Assembly: GCF_018350175.1 (NCBI RefSeq)
Contig: NC_058368.1
Location: 227,914,001 to 227,978,000 of the forward strand
Source of the DNA: Felis catus
Lineage: Eukaryota
Length of the DNA: 64,000 nucleotides
Reading direction: 5' to 3'
Position 1 is the stretch's first letter. Each line of letters opens with the position of its first letter. Positions 38,381-51,735 of the stretch are shown here, piece by piece. The translations under genes and the position numbers were made by a program. Under the pieces are notes generated by a model. The model was not told where the DNA came from and made no database searches. It worked only from the letters and a program-made list of their open reading frames with translations.

Positions 38381-39779
38381 ACTTCAGCAGGTTTAAGGTC
38401 AAATGTATCAAATGTAGTTGACGTTGAGCCCTGTCCTGTCTTGACGTGGGCTATTGTCCTGACGCTGACATTTATTAGAACAAATCACTCAAACCCGGAG
38501 AATTTTAATTTTAATTATTTACAGTGTTGAAGAGATGATTCCATAAAATGATGCCCGTGAAATGCCTTGTAGCTGTCAAGTGTTTATAATGATGAATAAC
38601 ATAACATATTCATAATGATGAACAGTAGCAGCCTCACGATCAGCTCACAGCTTTGTATGTTATACGGCCAGAAGACATCACCCATTTCTCTGCCTGGCAC
38701 TTATTTTCACAGGCCCCTGATGCTGGAGACACTATGGAATGAAGAATAGGAGAAAGAAACTTTTCAAGGGTGGAAACAGGCAACCAGCTACATCTACAAT
38801 AATTTATATAGTCTAAGCATATGTGCATAATTCACTATTATAATGAAATAAAACCCAACCAAGTTCATCTGACACATTTAATAATATCCATAATCCTTGC
38901 TTTTACTGAATGCTAATTAGGCATAAAAAGTAAGATTTCACATAAATAACTGTAATGAGTATCGCTTGGATGCCACCAAAGCAAATTTTTTAATCTATTC
39001 TATCTTTTGGTATCTTTTTTTTGTATCTTAATTAGCAACAACGCAGACAGCTTTCCCTGAGAACCGGTACCGTTTAGTTCTTTTCATTCATTATTCATTC
39101 ATTCATCAAATATTGATTGTGCCCACTGTACGCCAGGCACAGTGTTAGGCTATAGATACATACATAATGAGAACACAGACAAGACAAGGGGATTATTTCA
39201 ATACAGTGTTAACCCTCCTGCAGTAGGATGGTTCAGCATTATAAGAGCATAGAACACGGCCCATAATCCAGTTTTGGGATTCCCTAGAGGAGAAGGTGAA
39301 TTCTAAAATAATGTAACCAGAACAAGAGATCCAGTGAGGGAAGAAAAGTGAGAAAGCACAAAATGGTGCTTAGAGATCAAGAAATGTGGTCAGGAGGAGT
39401 TCGGTGGGGCCAGATCAGGAATCGCCTTACTGGGCCACGTTTAGTGCTGGGATCCTAGGAGTGGAAATATGAAGGAGGGAGACCTGGTGGCTTGCGGCAC
39501 GTGGGGGCCAAGGGAGAAGGGCAGCCAGGGAGGACACCCGTGACCTTAGGTTGTGAAAGAGGCACCCTTCTGACACACAGGAGGAAAAGCAGCTTTGAGG
39601 GGCAAACATTTGTCATGAACATATTGAGTTGGAGTTGCTTGTGGGATATCCAAGTGAAACGCCCCACGGGCAGTTATGTGTCTCAAGTTTGCTGTCCAAG
39701 ATGGTAGCCACCTGTCACGTGCTGCTGTATAAATTTAAATTGATCAAAATGTTATCTTATTTTTAACGAGGTAAACTTT

Positions 39780-39918
39780 TATTTATCTTTATTTGTGTGT
39801 TTTTAACTGAAATTCAAGTTAGTTAACACATAGTGCAGTCTTGGCTTCAGGAGTAGAACCCAGTGGTTCATCTCCAATGTGTGACACCCAGTGCTCACCC
39901 CCACGCGTGCCCTCCTTA
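39780..39918 (-). mobile_element. Carnivore LINE-1 extreme 3' fragment inside a MER3-like element
   Basis: CAAGTTAGTTAACACATAGTG...CAGGAGTAGAACCCAGTG...ACACCCAGTGCTCA; flanks A(C/T)GA.GTAAA.TTTT. Confidence 0.65.
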
Positions 39919-42689
39919 TGAAGTAAAATTTTAAGTGCACTTCCTCTGTCCTACTAGCCAAAGGAGGCAACAAGGAGGCCAAGAGTCTTCCAGGGGAATG
40001 AAAGGGCAGCGGTCAGACTGGGCTGGGAATGAATGATGGAGGTGAAAGTGAAGACGGCAATGGTGGGAATGAAAGGGAATATGCAGATTTAAGGCCCGAA
40101 GGCCAGCGATAGGACTTGGTGACAGGATGTAGCATCAAGAGAGGAGGTGAGGCGATGTGGGACGGCACACACAGAAGAGAGCTAATTTCTTGGGATCTTC
40201 TGGGATGAGGACCGGAGCTAGACCCTGGCTGCCCCAGGTGCTGCTGCCTATCACCCCCATGGACCTAACGCATGACCTCTCTTGGGCACGTTTGCTGCCT
40301 TATGGCTTCTCTACGGTCCTAATCAGGCTTCTTTTCTTGTGTGTTCTTTCTGTGCCCTCAAACTCAGGCCGTAGGCGACCCCGACTTGTCACTTCTCGCC
40401 CCGTCCAGGGACCATATCTCTCCCTTGTGGCGTCTGCGCCATGATGCCTCTGCTGGTTGCCCCTTGCTGCACGCACTCCAGGCACATGGGTCTTAGTTTC
40501 TAAACACGGCTGCGCTCAAGGGCTCCACCTCGAAAGACTTCTGCCGTCACCACTGACAGCCCAACCCTGCCTACTCTAGGTGCCACCTAGAATGTCACTT
40601 TCTCAAGGATGTGCCTTTGGTATTAAATCAGGTCTCCCTTTCTAATCTTCACTACACCCCTTCCTTTCTCTTTAGAGTCCCTACCTCAGTTCACAATTAT
40701 ATATTTACTTGTGTGATTAACATGCTGACCTTCCTCCCCCACTAGATTGTCAAGTCCATGAGGACAGGCACTGTGCTTCTGTCCACACTGAATCCTCTGT
40801 GCTTAACATAGTAGATATTCGAGAAATATTTATTAAATCGATTACTTAAGGGTTGGCATCTTTTGCTGCATCCATCCCTGCTCCCTGCTAGCATTTTATT
40901 ATAAACAATTTCAAACATACAGCATGTTTGAAATAAACAATTTCAAACATACAGCATGACTGAAAGAAGTTGACATTGAACACCTATATACCACCCCCCA
41001 AGTGGTATTCACCAGTTCACCACACTTGTTTCATTTCCCATTCATTATTCTGTGTATCCATCTCTCCTCTGCCAATCCAGCCCACTTTCTTCATGGAGCC
41101 ACCCTCTTGGATATTTCTCCACGCGTCGGTTTTTCAGTTTCCCAATTCCATATTCCTGAAAGAAGACCATCCAGGTCCAAGGCCACACCGAAAGCCCATG
41201 TATCGGTTCCTTTCAGCCACCTCCTTGGTGTGATCAGATGTGGTGGGTTACAAGGGATCCATCACGTCATTAGCAGGACATCTCCCTTTGGTGGTGGCAT
41301 CAGTAGAGTCGGCACCATGATATTGCTGGTGTAAGCCGACAACAGATACAGAAACTAGGGGAGGATCGAGTTAGAGAAATGATAGGAACTTCAGTTTTGT
41401 ACTTGCTGGGTTGTAGGTGTCTGGGGAATATTGATGGCACTGGCTGTCAGGAACTTGGAAATGCTATGTCTGAGGCTGAAAGTAGAGGGAGGGGATGGGC
41501 GGATAGATTGGCATTCAGTGGCAGGTCCAGTGTATCTATAAAGGAGGGACAGCAATTTGGCCCGAAGTAGGGCAAGGGCACCACATTTGCATAGGTCCTT
41601 ACATACAATGAAAACAAATACCAATCCCCTGTGAATGGAGGGTTTTCACTGAAGGTGAAATCCACTGTGGGGAGGGAAGGGGGTAGGGATGGAGGTGGGG
41701 AGCTGAGAGAAGTGAAGGTTTGTAACAGCTGCAGAGGCATGGAAAGGAAATCATGTCGTGATTAGGAAAATGATTGTCAAGAAGCATTCAGAACCCAGCT
41801 GTGATATGGAAATCATAAATGGGTGGTGGAACCACTCAGCTCAGTTGGAATTTTTGGCCATCAGCATTGAGACAGTCACAAAGCAGAATGTGTTGTCTTG
41901 ACCTCAACTCTTCTCTCTGCTTGTGTCTTGGGTGGTGTCCTCTGACTCTACTTTCCTTCCACTTCCTTTTGATTAATAAGATTGGGTCCAGGGCTCTGTT
42001 CCTGTCCCAAAGACTTGTGGCAAAATTCAGGATGTGAATTCCCTACCTACGACTTCAACACTTGGGGAGCCTGGGGCCACGATGACTCTGGAGAAACAAG
42101 AGTCCAGGAAGAATGTCAGCAGGGAGAAACAGAGGTTTCTGCAAATAACAGAGGCTCCACAACAAGAAAGTGACATCTGAGGACCAACCAGACTGAGACC
42201 GGAGTGTTATGGGATGCACAGAAACACCCACTAGAGCCAGCACGAGTAGGGATGATGAAAAATTTGGGTGGACCAACACAGAAACCATTTTCTTAGCCTC
42301 GCATAGTTCCTTGTGGGGAAGTCAGAAATTACTAGCTCTGAGGTGATTTCCTCCTACTCTGTATCATTATTGTTTGTGGTATATAATTATGCTTAACTCA
42401 ACTATATTGTAAACTACCTTTAGTTTTCATTCCATGGTGTGAGTTTAGTCATTCTCACCAAAACCGTAAGTATTGTTATGGATAATTTTCTGAACCGGGT
42501 GGCTCCGTCCTATCTACCAAATTCAGAATTCTAATTCCCAGAATGGACTAAACCAGGAAATCTGTTGACCTTAGGAAATGTTGCTCTCATGAGCCTTATT
42601 TCTACTGGGGACGTTAGTCTTTATGTTAGTACTTACCTTCAAAACGTGTCTAACTTGACCTTAAAGCACATGAAGCATTTTCTTCTTTC

Positions 42690-43510
42690 TTTTTTAAAGC
42701 TTTATTGATATTTATATTTCACATACCATGAAATCCACCCATTTAAAGTATACACTTCAGTGATTTTTAGTATATATGCAATGCTGTGCAGGCATCATAA
42801 TAATCTAACTTTAGAATATTTTCAACGCTCCAAAAAGAATCCTTTTCCCCTTAGGAGTTATTTCCATTCTTCTTCCCCCTCCCCCCCCCCCCCCCCCCAG
42901 CCCGAGTTAACCACTAATCTACTTTCTGTCTCTCTGGATTTGCCTATTCTGGACATTTCATATAAATGGAATTATACAAAATGCGGTCTTCTGTGAGTGG
43001 CTTCTTGCACTCAGCATTATATTCACAGGCTACATCCAGGTTCTAGTGTCAGTGCTTCATTCCTTTTTATTGCTAAATATTCCAATCTATGAACCTACCA
43101 CATTTTGTTTATTCACTAATCAGTTGGATGGATAATGTAGTGTTTCCATACAACGAAATATTATTCAGCAATTTATGTCATTTCCACATTTGGCTACTAT
43201 GAACATTTTTGTCCAAGGTTTTGTTTGAACATATTTTTCATTCTTTTGGGTCTATACTTCAGAGTAGAAGAGCTGGGTTGTATGATAAGTGTGGCAATTT
43301 GGGGAACCATCAGCCTGTCTATCAAAGTGGTTGTATCAGGTGACATTCCCACCAGCAATGAATGCGGGTTCCAATTTCTCCATATCCCTACCAACACTCA
43401 TTATTGTCTATCTTTTTAATTTTAGCCATCCTGGTGCGAAGTGCTATCTCACTGTGGTTTTGATGTGCATTTCACTGATAATGAATGATGTTGAGCATCT
43501 TTTCACATGT
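42690..43510 (-). mobile_element. Old LINE-1 (L1MB/MC-like)
   Basis: GATTTGCCTATTCTGGACATTTCATATAAATGGAAT...AATGATGTTGAGCATCTTTTCACATG. Confidence 0.85.
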
Positions 43511-44676
43511 TTCCTCTGCCTCTTTATCTTCCCCCTCCTACCCATGTTTCTGAAGAGACTTCAATGCGCAAAGCCTGGGTGACAAAATATCATGTTCTCC
43601 GTGATTTTGCAGTCTTGTCCAGGATACAAGAAAGTGGCCAAATGTGAGTCCCAAGCAGGAAGGGGGTTAGAAGTTCAGAAATCGTGGTGGTACATAGGAA
43701 TCCAAAGGCTAAAAGAAGGTGATGGGTATGTGAGTCCAGAGGCCAGGGAGAGTCTGGATAGGCAGAGAATAAAATGATTCCCCTTATTTGGCTTCAAGTG
43801 AAATAGTTTATGTTTATCTTTAGATGCCACTGGGAATCAAAATCTCCATGCCTGGATCATCAAAGATTAACTTTTTTATTTATGTGTTTATTTATGTATT
43901 CCATTGTTACTTAATGCCATGTGATTTCAGGTCATTTTAGGAAGAAACTGAGTTAGAGCAAATCAGACCCACAGATTTAGTAATAGATCCTGTGTATTGC
44001 TCACCGACCTACACTAATTTACAACCCCCCCCCCCAACAGATACATACATCCAAGCGCTTTACCTACGGTTACATTGACGATGTGTTCAGAACTAACTTA
44101 CTATTTGCAAACGTTATTACTTTTCTTGGTCCTGATACCTTGAATATATGTACTCTTATTATTTAAGAGTTTCACTATTTTATATTTATTGGTTGACTGT
44201 GGGTTTTGAGTCTGTTTCATCTATGTCAAAAAAATGCTTGACTATAGCAAAGAGGAGCCAGAAACCCACCAACATTATTCTGCTCAGAGGTTAAGCTAGA
44301 ATTAATATCCTCTTTGGAAAGGCATCTCCTAGGAACTGGGGAACAAGGAAGAATTTTGATGGTAAAGTCTTTTACTTGTATTCATAGGCTAACAACCATA
44401 CACACAAGCTAATGTGAAGTTCCAAGGTTCTCCTTTGTAGACATATAAGGCCCAGGTCCTGAAGTGCCCGAAAAAGCAAGGGAGGATCCTGGTCTTATTG
44501 GGGACAGAGCTTGTACCAAACAAGATAAGGCCAGGGACACCAGGCTGGCTCGGTCAGTATAGCACTTCACTCTTGATCTCATGGTCATGAGTTCACGCCC
44601 TGGGTTGGGAGTAGAGCTTACTTAAAAAAAATATTTTTAAAAATAAAAATAAAAATAAATACTAATTATTATTATT

Positions 44677-44679
<3 letters not shown>

Positions 44680-44719
<40 letters not shown>
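44680..44719. repeat. (CA)n microsatellite at the tail of a short SINE (about 44535-44660)
   Basis: Perfect run; GATAAGGCC flanks SINE plus microsatellite. Confidence 0.9.
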
Positions 44720-44721
<2 letters not shown>

Positions 44722-45030
44722 TAAGGCCCTCAATAGAGCAGAGGAAAAAGCTCAGTGCCTAGAACAAGAGTCAAGCCTGAGCAGGGCCCAGACTAAGTTC
44801 TGGTCTGGGATTCCTTGTGATTCTCCTTCCAGTGATTTCAAGGTTTGGAAAGGGCTGAACCTACAGGTGGGGTGTATCCAGAGGCAGGAAATGCAATAGG
44901 CAAGACACAGAAAAGAGGTGGAATATATAGAAAGGAGAGGTGGTTCCAAGCAACCCAACTGCAAAGGGCTGGCTATGGCTTTACTAGTTGGTTAACTACC
45001 ATATTGTCAGACCTGAAATGTGGAAAGGAC

Positions 45031-45795
45031 TGTTGATTCGGATTTTAATTGCAATGTGTGGGTTTCTTCCCAAACACCAAGCTATTTTCTGACATCAGCT
45101 GGGTGTCTTGCAATTCAGCTCAATTCTGACTCTCTCCCTGGAGATGGCGTGAGGTCCCACAGGTTAAGGGCTCAGTCCCACAAGATTTGCCTCCTCTGTG
45201 CACCTTCTGATGCCAATCACAAGAGCAGGTTGCTATCTGTGAGTCTGACCAACTGGCTGTAGTTCAGAGGTTCCAATGACCCCCCCCCCCTCCACCCAAA
45301 TTCCTTGGATTCAATTAATTTGCTAGAATGGCTCACAGAACTCAGAGAAACATTTGACTTATTAGATCACCAGTTTATTACAAAAGGATCACTCAGGAGC
45401 AACCAGATGGGAGAGATGCATAGGATTATTTGCCACACTTTCTGCATCTCTAGGTGCTTACCGAACTGGAAGCTCTCCAAATCTGTCCTTTTGGGTTTCT
45501 ATGGAGGCTTCATTGCACGGGTGTGAGTGATTAAATCATTGGCCATTGGTGATAGGACTCCATTTCCAGACCCTCTCCCCTCCCTGGAGGCCAGGGGGGT
45601 GGGATGGAAAGTTCCACACCCCTCTAATCACAGTGGTTGTTCTCCTGGTCACCAGCACCCATCCTTAGGTGTTTTCAGAAAGTCGTCATGTTAACATAAT
45701 AAAAGACCCCTTTCTACTTCTCATCACAGGAAATTCCAAGAGTTTTAGGAAATAAGACCAAATACATATTTCCTGCTATCAACCACAGTATCACA
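45031..45795 (-). mobile_element. MER21-like LTR
   Basis: GGTTAAGGGCTCAGTCCCACAAGA...TTAATTTGCTAGAATGGCTCACAGAACTCAG; terminus CACAGTATCACA. Confidence 0.8.
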
Positions 45796-46430
45796 AAGGG
45801 TCCTGGCAAGATCCTCTTGAACATCTCTCCCACTATATACTATTGAATTCTGCCCAAAGGAGCAAAGAAAGTGGAAAGGATGAGTCTTTCACAAAATAGA
45901 TTGATGTAGTGTTGAACTGTAATGTCATCAGCCATTAACTTTGTGTTGCAAGAAAGCACAAAACAACAATATAGTGAATGCTAATCCAAATAGTATTTGA
46001 TGTTTGTAATTGGGCTGAGCACTCATATGTGATCTTTCATCCATCACAATTCTTGCACGTGATCAACCATCTGTGCTTCTCAGAATCTTAAATTGCATCT
46101 TGTTAAAATATGCACAAAGTAGCTTGAACATTAACCCTCTTCTTTACGTCCCTTATTGTGGTGCAGCCTTTTAAGCTAACTGAAATAATGCTATAGTAAA
46201 CTAAGAACCCAGTATACACATTCTAGTACCTTGAGCCTATGGAATTTGGGAAATAGGTCTTGCTAAATTTTAAGGGACATGTGCCATTTGGTATTAATGA
46301 AATTGTTATTGGTGGATACATGTTTCTTAGAACTAAAAATTATTTAAAAACCCATTTGTTGAACGCTAATTTTGAAAACAGTGATATAATCACTGCATTT
46401 CTGTGATGAATCTAAGAATGGAGGATCCTT

Positions 46431-47064
46431 GGGGCACCTGGCTGGTTTAATTGGGAGAGCATGCAGCTCTAGATCTCGGGGTCATGAGTTCGAGCCCTGG
46501 GACCTGTAAGTGAGGGAGTGAGTGAGCCCTGTAAGCAAGTAAGTGAGATGACTCATTTTCAGAAATGCCAAGTAAAAACAGTGCTGTCCAGTTTACAATA
46601 GGTTTACAACCTATTGGAAATATGTAGGAATTTCTGCACCCCCCAGTGGAGTTCCAAACCCTTAGACACTTCACTTCCTGGTTCTTCTTCCCTTCTCCAT
46701 TTCTCAGGCTCATTTTTCATGCGCTTTGCAATGAGCATGCGCCAAAGAACTGCCGTCTCTGCGTTGCCTCAGGGAATGTTCCTTTTGGCCTTCCATGGGC
46801 CCAAGCGACTTCCAGGTAAGGTTGTAACCTCTGTAGCGCTCAGCCAATGAGGAACCAGGGGAGGGACTTCACTCTAGGAGATAAATTGTCTGCTGTAAGC
46901 GCCCCAAGTGTGCCTGTCCATCAGACACCTGCTCTTGCAAGAATGTTGATTCAAGCTTCGTTTCACTGTGCTGTGTCTCCGGGTCCCTCCTTTGATTGGG
47001 TCAGTGGGCTTAGTTCTTATAAGCCCCACATTGGGCTTAGAGCCTACTTAAAAAAAAAAAAAAA
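46431..47064 (+). mobile_element. Short Can-SINE split by an LTR
   Basis: 5' half 46431-46497, 3' half 47022-47064; TSD AGAATGGAG(GA/CG)TCCTT. Confidence 0.85.
46498..47021 (+). mobile_element. Endogenous retrovirus solo LTR (carnivore lineage, family not identified)
   Basis: 524 bp, TG...TA ends, 5-bp TSD AGCCC, CCAAT 46844-46848, TATA-like GATAAA 46880-46885. Confidence 0.75.
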
Positions 47065-47954
47065 TTAGAATGGAGCGTCCTTTATTTAACTTGAACCAGG
47101 TCTACAACTTCCCCAGAATTGTGACCCTCACTATTTATTATATTGTAAATATATTAAGATAAATTATAAATATTATATTGTAAAATACACACTACCACCT
47201 CTGTAATGATTTAGAGGAAAAGAAATGAACCCTTTGGAAGAATGAAGGCTAGAAAGGGCATTGTATGCTCACTCTCTGGCGGTGAATTTTCCCAAATATT
47301 GGCTTCATTCAATAAATGAGGTTTTGAGACATTTTTTTAAAAGGGGACTACATTAATTGATGACACCAAGGAATAAAAAACACAGTAAATAAGAATAACA
47401 TTTTTTAAAAAAGGAAAAAAAAATTAGTTGCCCTTCTTCAAACACTATGAAGATGTGGTTAGGGTTAAACTGAAATGGAGTTGAGTAGATTGCTTAGTGT
47501 TTATCTGACCTGCTTATCTTCAGCTGCCTAAACCGAATGTCATCCGCGTTGTTAAGCCTCCTAGAAGTGCAAATGAGGTCTTGATTGCTTGAATTTAACC
47601 TTCTCAAACCTGCGCTAGAGGTAAGGTGGGGGTTAATCAGAGGGAAGAATTTCATTCCTTTTATTTTTATTTTTTTGGTGATTCTGGCACTAAAACAAAT
47701 TTCTATTAGAACATTCGTTCATTTATATTGCTTTTGAGAGATCTTTTTAAGAAGTGACCCAGGAATCCTTGAGTGCTCACGAAAACAAGCTGTGATAGCC
47801 TTGGGTATTCCAGGTCTGTTTCTTCCAGAGCCTCCTGAAACTCCCTCGGCACCCTTCCCAGCTATACTACAAGGGCCCTTGCCTTTCCGGAAAAATTCTC
47901 AGTCTGTATAGAGAATTCCTTAGGACTGACTGACTCTAACTTTCCCTCTGTGGC

Positions 47955-48125
47955 TTTTTTTCTAAGTTTATTTATTTATTTTGAGAGAGAGAGCATGAGA
48001 GAGAGAATCCCAAGCACGTTCTGTGCAGAGTCGGATGCAGGGCTCCAACTCACAAACTGTGAGATCATGACCTGAGCCAAAACCAAGAGTCTTGGATGCT
48101 TAACCAACTGAGCCACCCAAGCTGC
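47955..48125 (-). mobile_element. Can-SINE
   Basis: TSD CCTCTGTGGCTTTTT. Confidence 0.85.
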
Positions 48126-48619
48126 CACGGGACCTCTGTGGCTTTTTGGATGTCAGCTTTTCTGCACTTTTGTGTTCTGCCTCTCCCTTGATTTGGGTGT
48201 CCCTGGGCACCCTAAGCCTAGAGCACCTCACTCCAGCTCCTGCCCTGTCCTATCCTGGTCAGCTGGGAACCCCATCCTCACTCTTGGCAAATTACTGTGG
48301 AGAGAGAAGGGCAATTTTAATAAGGAAAATTGAGAAGCATTTCTAAATATTTCAAACACACACACACACACACACACACATCTGTATTTCTCACTAACTC
48401 AGACCAATGAATGAACTTCAGCATGTTAAAAAAGAAACAAAAAACGAGATACATACTTTTAAATTAGGCCTAGGATAGCAAAGCATCGACTAGCAGGAGT
48501 CCTGAGGGAGTCAGATTTGATGAATACATAAGAATGCTTTGACACACTGGCTTTGTTTACATTATCCCAACTGTCCAGTTGGTGGAATCTGAGTCATGAG
48601 ACTTTGTATGTCTACAGTG

Positions 48620-48836
48620 TTTTGTTTTTTTGTTTTTTAAATGTTTACTTATTCGTGAGAGAGAGAAAGAGCACGTGTGCACGTGCATGTGGGAGGAGCA
48701 GAGAGAGAGGAGGAGAGAGAATCCCAAGCAGGTTCCACGCTGTCAGTGCAGCTCCTGACTTGGGGCTCGATCTTACAAACTATGAGATCATGACCTGAGC
48801 CCAAATCAAGAGTTGGATGCTTAACCCAGGTGCCCC
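48620..48836 (-). mobile_element. Can-SINE
   Basis: Reverse body; diverged TSD. Confidence 0.85.
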
Positions 48837-50618
48837 ACATCTATAGTCTTGAGGTTGGGGGGGGGTCTATCCCCAAGTTTACCTAAACACATTGGAAACC
48901 AAGAAGAAACAGGGTTTCCCCAAGATCTCATCACACATTCTTGCCCCAGTGAGCAAAACCCAACAGAATGAATGGTGGTTGTTTCAACAGTACTAATGAT
49001 GAGTGGCCTAAGATGAAATTCGTTTACGTTTTTAAATTACATTAAAGTAAATTTTTAATTTTATTTAAGTCTTCATTTACCTGCTTAGGTCTCTTGAAGT
49101 CCAACTTTATAATTATACTACTTAAATTTTTTTTTTCTGTCTAAATTGACCTCGATTATCTTAATGTAAGAGCACTGGGATACAGAAGATCCTGGTGACT
49201 CCATTGTTCATCGTCTGCAAGGGCCACATACAGGCTCGATGGGTCAAATAAAAACCTGGCTTGAGAGAAATCTGAAGTTTTAGTATGTTTAGCCATTAGG
49301 AGATCAGACTTATTCCTTGAATTAAAAAAGGTCTTTATTTGTGCAAGCAATTCAGCAGACTTTACGGATGGTCCCTTGCTGACAGAAAAGGGCAGGAATT
49401 CTTTCTTTCTTATTCATCTTCTTTCCCCCAGTACAGCCCTTGGCATATGGCCAGTGCTTGCAACATGTTTGATGAATAAATGAATGAATGGATGAAGAAA
49501 GAAAGGGAATGTTTTGGCATACGATGGAGTTTGAAAGAGCAAGAAGGAAGTTTTCGCATCCTTGAAGTGGTCCCTGTTGGACTATAGCAGACACCTACTG
49601 GGTGTCTGCTGTTCCATGCACATCCTCACTCCAGAGGGATGGGTCCCTAGGTCTTGTTGGATCCACTGTCCAGAGCTGATTGGATCATGGTGAATATGGT
49701 GAATACTGGATCTAAGATTTTCTCCAGAGATTGGGGTTAAGACAAGCTTGTCAGTCTGTTGAGTCCTTGAACTGAGGACCTATGAACTGGTGCCTCATGA
49801 GGCAGCAACCTTCTGTGTGCATGGAGAGGCAAAGCCCTGAAGGGAGAGCCATTTAGAGAGAGCTAGAAGCTAGGGAGCGAGCAGGTTGCATTGTAGAGAC
49901 AGGAGTTCGCTGCTTCTTCCAACCTGCCTCCAGGCTACACGTCCTGCCCTGGGCTCCAGACCGACTCCTGTAGCCTCCCTGAGCCTCATCCTTGATTAAG
50001 CCCTTCGGGGTGGGTTTTTGTTACTCTTCATCCAACCATCTTGACAAAGATGAGGCATTTTGAAATTCATTTGACCTTTTTGGCTTCAGTTTTCAGAAAA
50101 GACAATAAAGACAATGAAGCATGTCAGAGGCATGTGACCAAGTCTCTTCTTGATTGGCAGGAGAAATTTTTAAGTGCCCGGTTCTAGGAATTCATTAGCA
50201 TACCCTCTTCCTGATATTCCTCCCCCAGTATAATCCAGTGAGAGAGTGTGATTCTCTGGTGGTTTCTGTCAATTGATGGTAGATGGTACACATACCATTT
50301 TCCAAATTCAAAATGGCAACTGAGAAAGAAAACTGTCCCAAACAAGGTCTGGCACAGACATTTTTTTTGCAGACATAATTTATGACTCCTTCTGGGAAAT
50401 GATTAGCATTCTTGAGCAATTTTCTGATGGACTTTAAGGAGCTTTAGAAATCCTCCTGAAATGTTATGTGCCTACCTACTCACTGTCTTGACCATCTGAA
50501 TTTTGAGGAGTCTGATGTCACCAGGCATACTTGCATTGTATCTTATCAATGTATAATTAAAAAAAAATCTCAAAGTATGATTCTTCTATGAATGTAAGAC
50601 ATTCATATAAGATTTATT

Positions 50619-50832
50619 GGGGCGCCTGGGTGGCGCAGTCTGTTAAGCGTCCGACTTCAGCCAGGTCACGATCTCGCGGTCCGGGAGTTTGAGCCCCGCG
50701 TCAGGCTCTGGGCTGATGGCTCAGAGCCTGGAGACTGTTTCCGATTCTGTGTCTCCCTCTCTCTCTGCCCCTCCCCCGTTCATGCTCTGTCTCTCTCTGT
50801 CCGCAAAATAAACGTTGAAAAAAAAAAATGTT
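50619..50832 (+). mobile_element. Young SINEC_Fc-type SINE
   Basis: Diagnostic GCGCAGTC...CAGCCAGGTCACG...GGGCTGATGG; TSD TAAGATTTATT. Confidence 0.93.
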
Positions 50833-50937
50833 TAAGATTTATTTAGCTTATTGATGACAGATCCAGCTAGTTTAGAAGAGTACGGGAAATAGTGAATATC
50901 ACCAGTGGAAGAGTGCTGAATTAAGAATGCAGAGTTA

Positions 50938-51149
50938 GGGGCTCCTGGGTGGCTCAGTCGGTTAAGTGTCCAACTTCAGCTCAGGTCATGATCTCGTGGT
51001 CTGAGTTCAAGCCCCCCATCGGGCTCTGTGCTGACAGCTCTGAGCCTGGAGCCTGCTTCGGATTCTGTCTCCTTCTCTCTCTGCCCCTCCCATGCTCATG
51101 CTCTGTCCCTCTCCGTCTCTCAAAAATGAATAAATGTTAAAAAAAAAAA
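50938..51149 (+). mobile_element. Can-SINE
   Basis: TSD AAGAATGCAGA. Confidence 0.9.
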
Positions 51150-51735
51150 GAATGCAGAAATCGATGCAAAATTGGTTACTGTCCTATGTGACAATAAAAC
51201 GGCAGCTTTTGTGATGATCTTTTCTCCTAGACACAAGTCATTTTCATTTTTAATGGACAGAAACCTACAAGTTATCCTGTACCTTCAGAGTCTACCATAA
51301 TCAATGGTAAGTAATAATTCAAGCAAAGGTGCATTCCCCTGAAAATGAAATAATCCTTGAGTGGAGTTATTAAACGATGCTCCATTGTAGGACTGAAAAG
51401 TTATGCAAGCTTTTTTCTTTCTTCTTTCCAAATTTTGGAAAATTTTCCTTAACCGCCATTTCTTTTTTCCATAAACATCTCTAACATTCTCTTGTGGAAA
51501 ATTTGAAATAACCCTTTGATACATGCTCTTTTCAATTTGGCTAAGAAATTGCTTTAATACTTAAATATTAAAAATTATTAGTGGGACGCCTGGCTGGTTC
51601 AGTCGGGGAGCACGTAACTCTTTATCTCGGGGTTGTGAGTTTGGGCCCCATGTTGGATGTAGAGCTTAACTTAAAAAAACTATTAGTAAGATCATCCAAA
51701 TGCCAGAAGCAGCTGCTTCTTTGATAGATGATTTC

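Noticed and set aside
41669..41688. G-quadruplex motif GGGGAGGGAAGGGGGTAGGG and several poly-G/C runs
   Set aside because: Common in mammalian DNA, with no functional context
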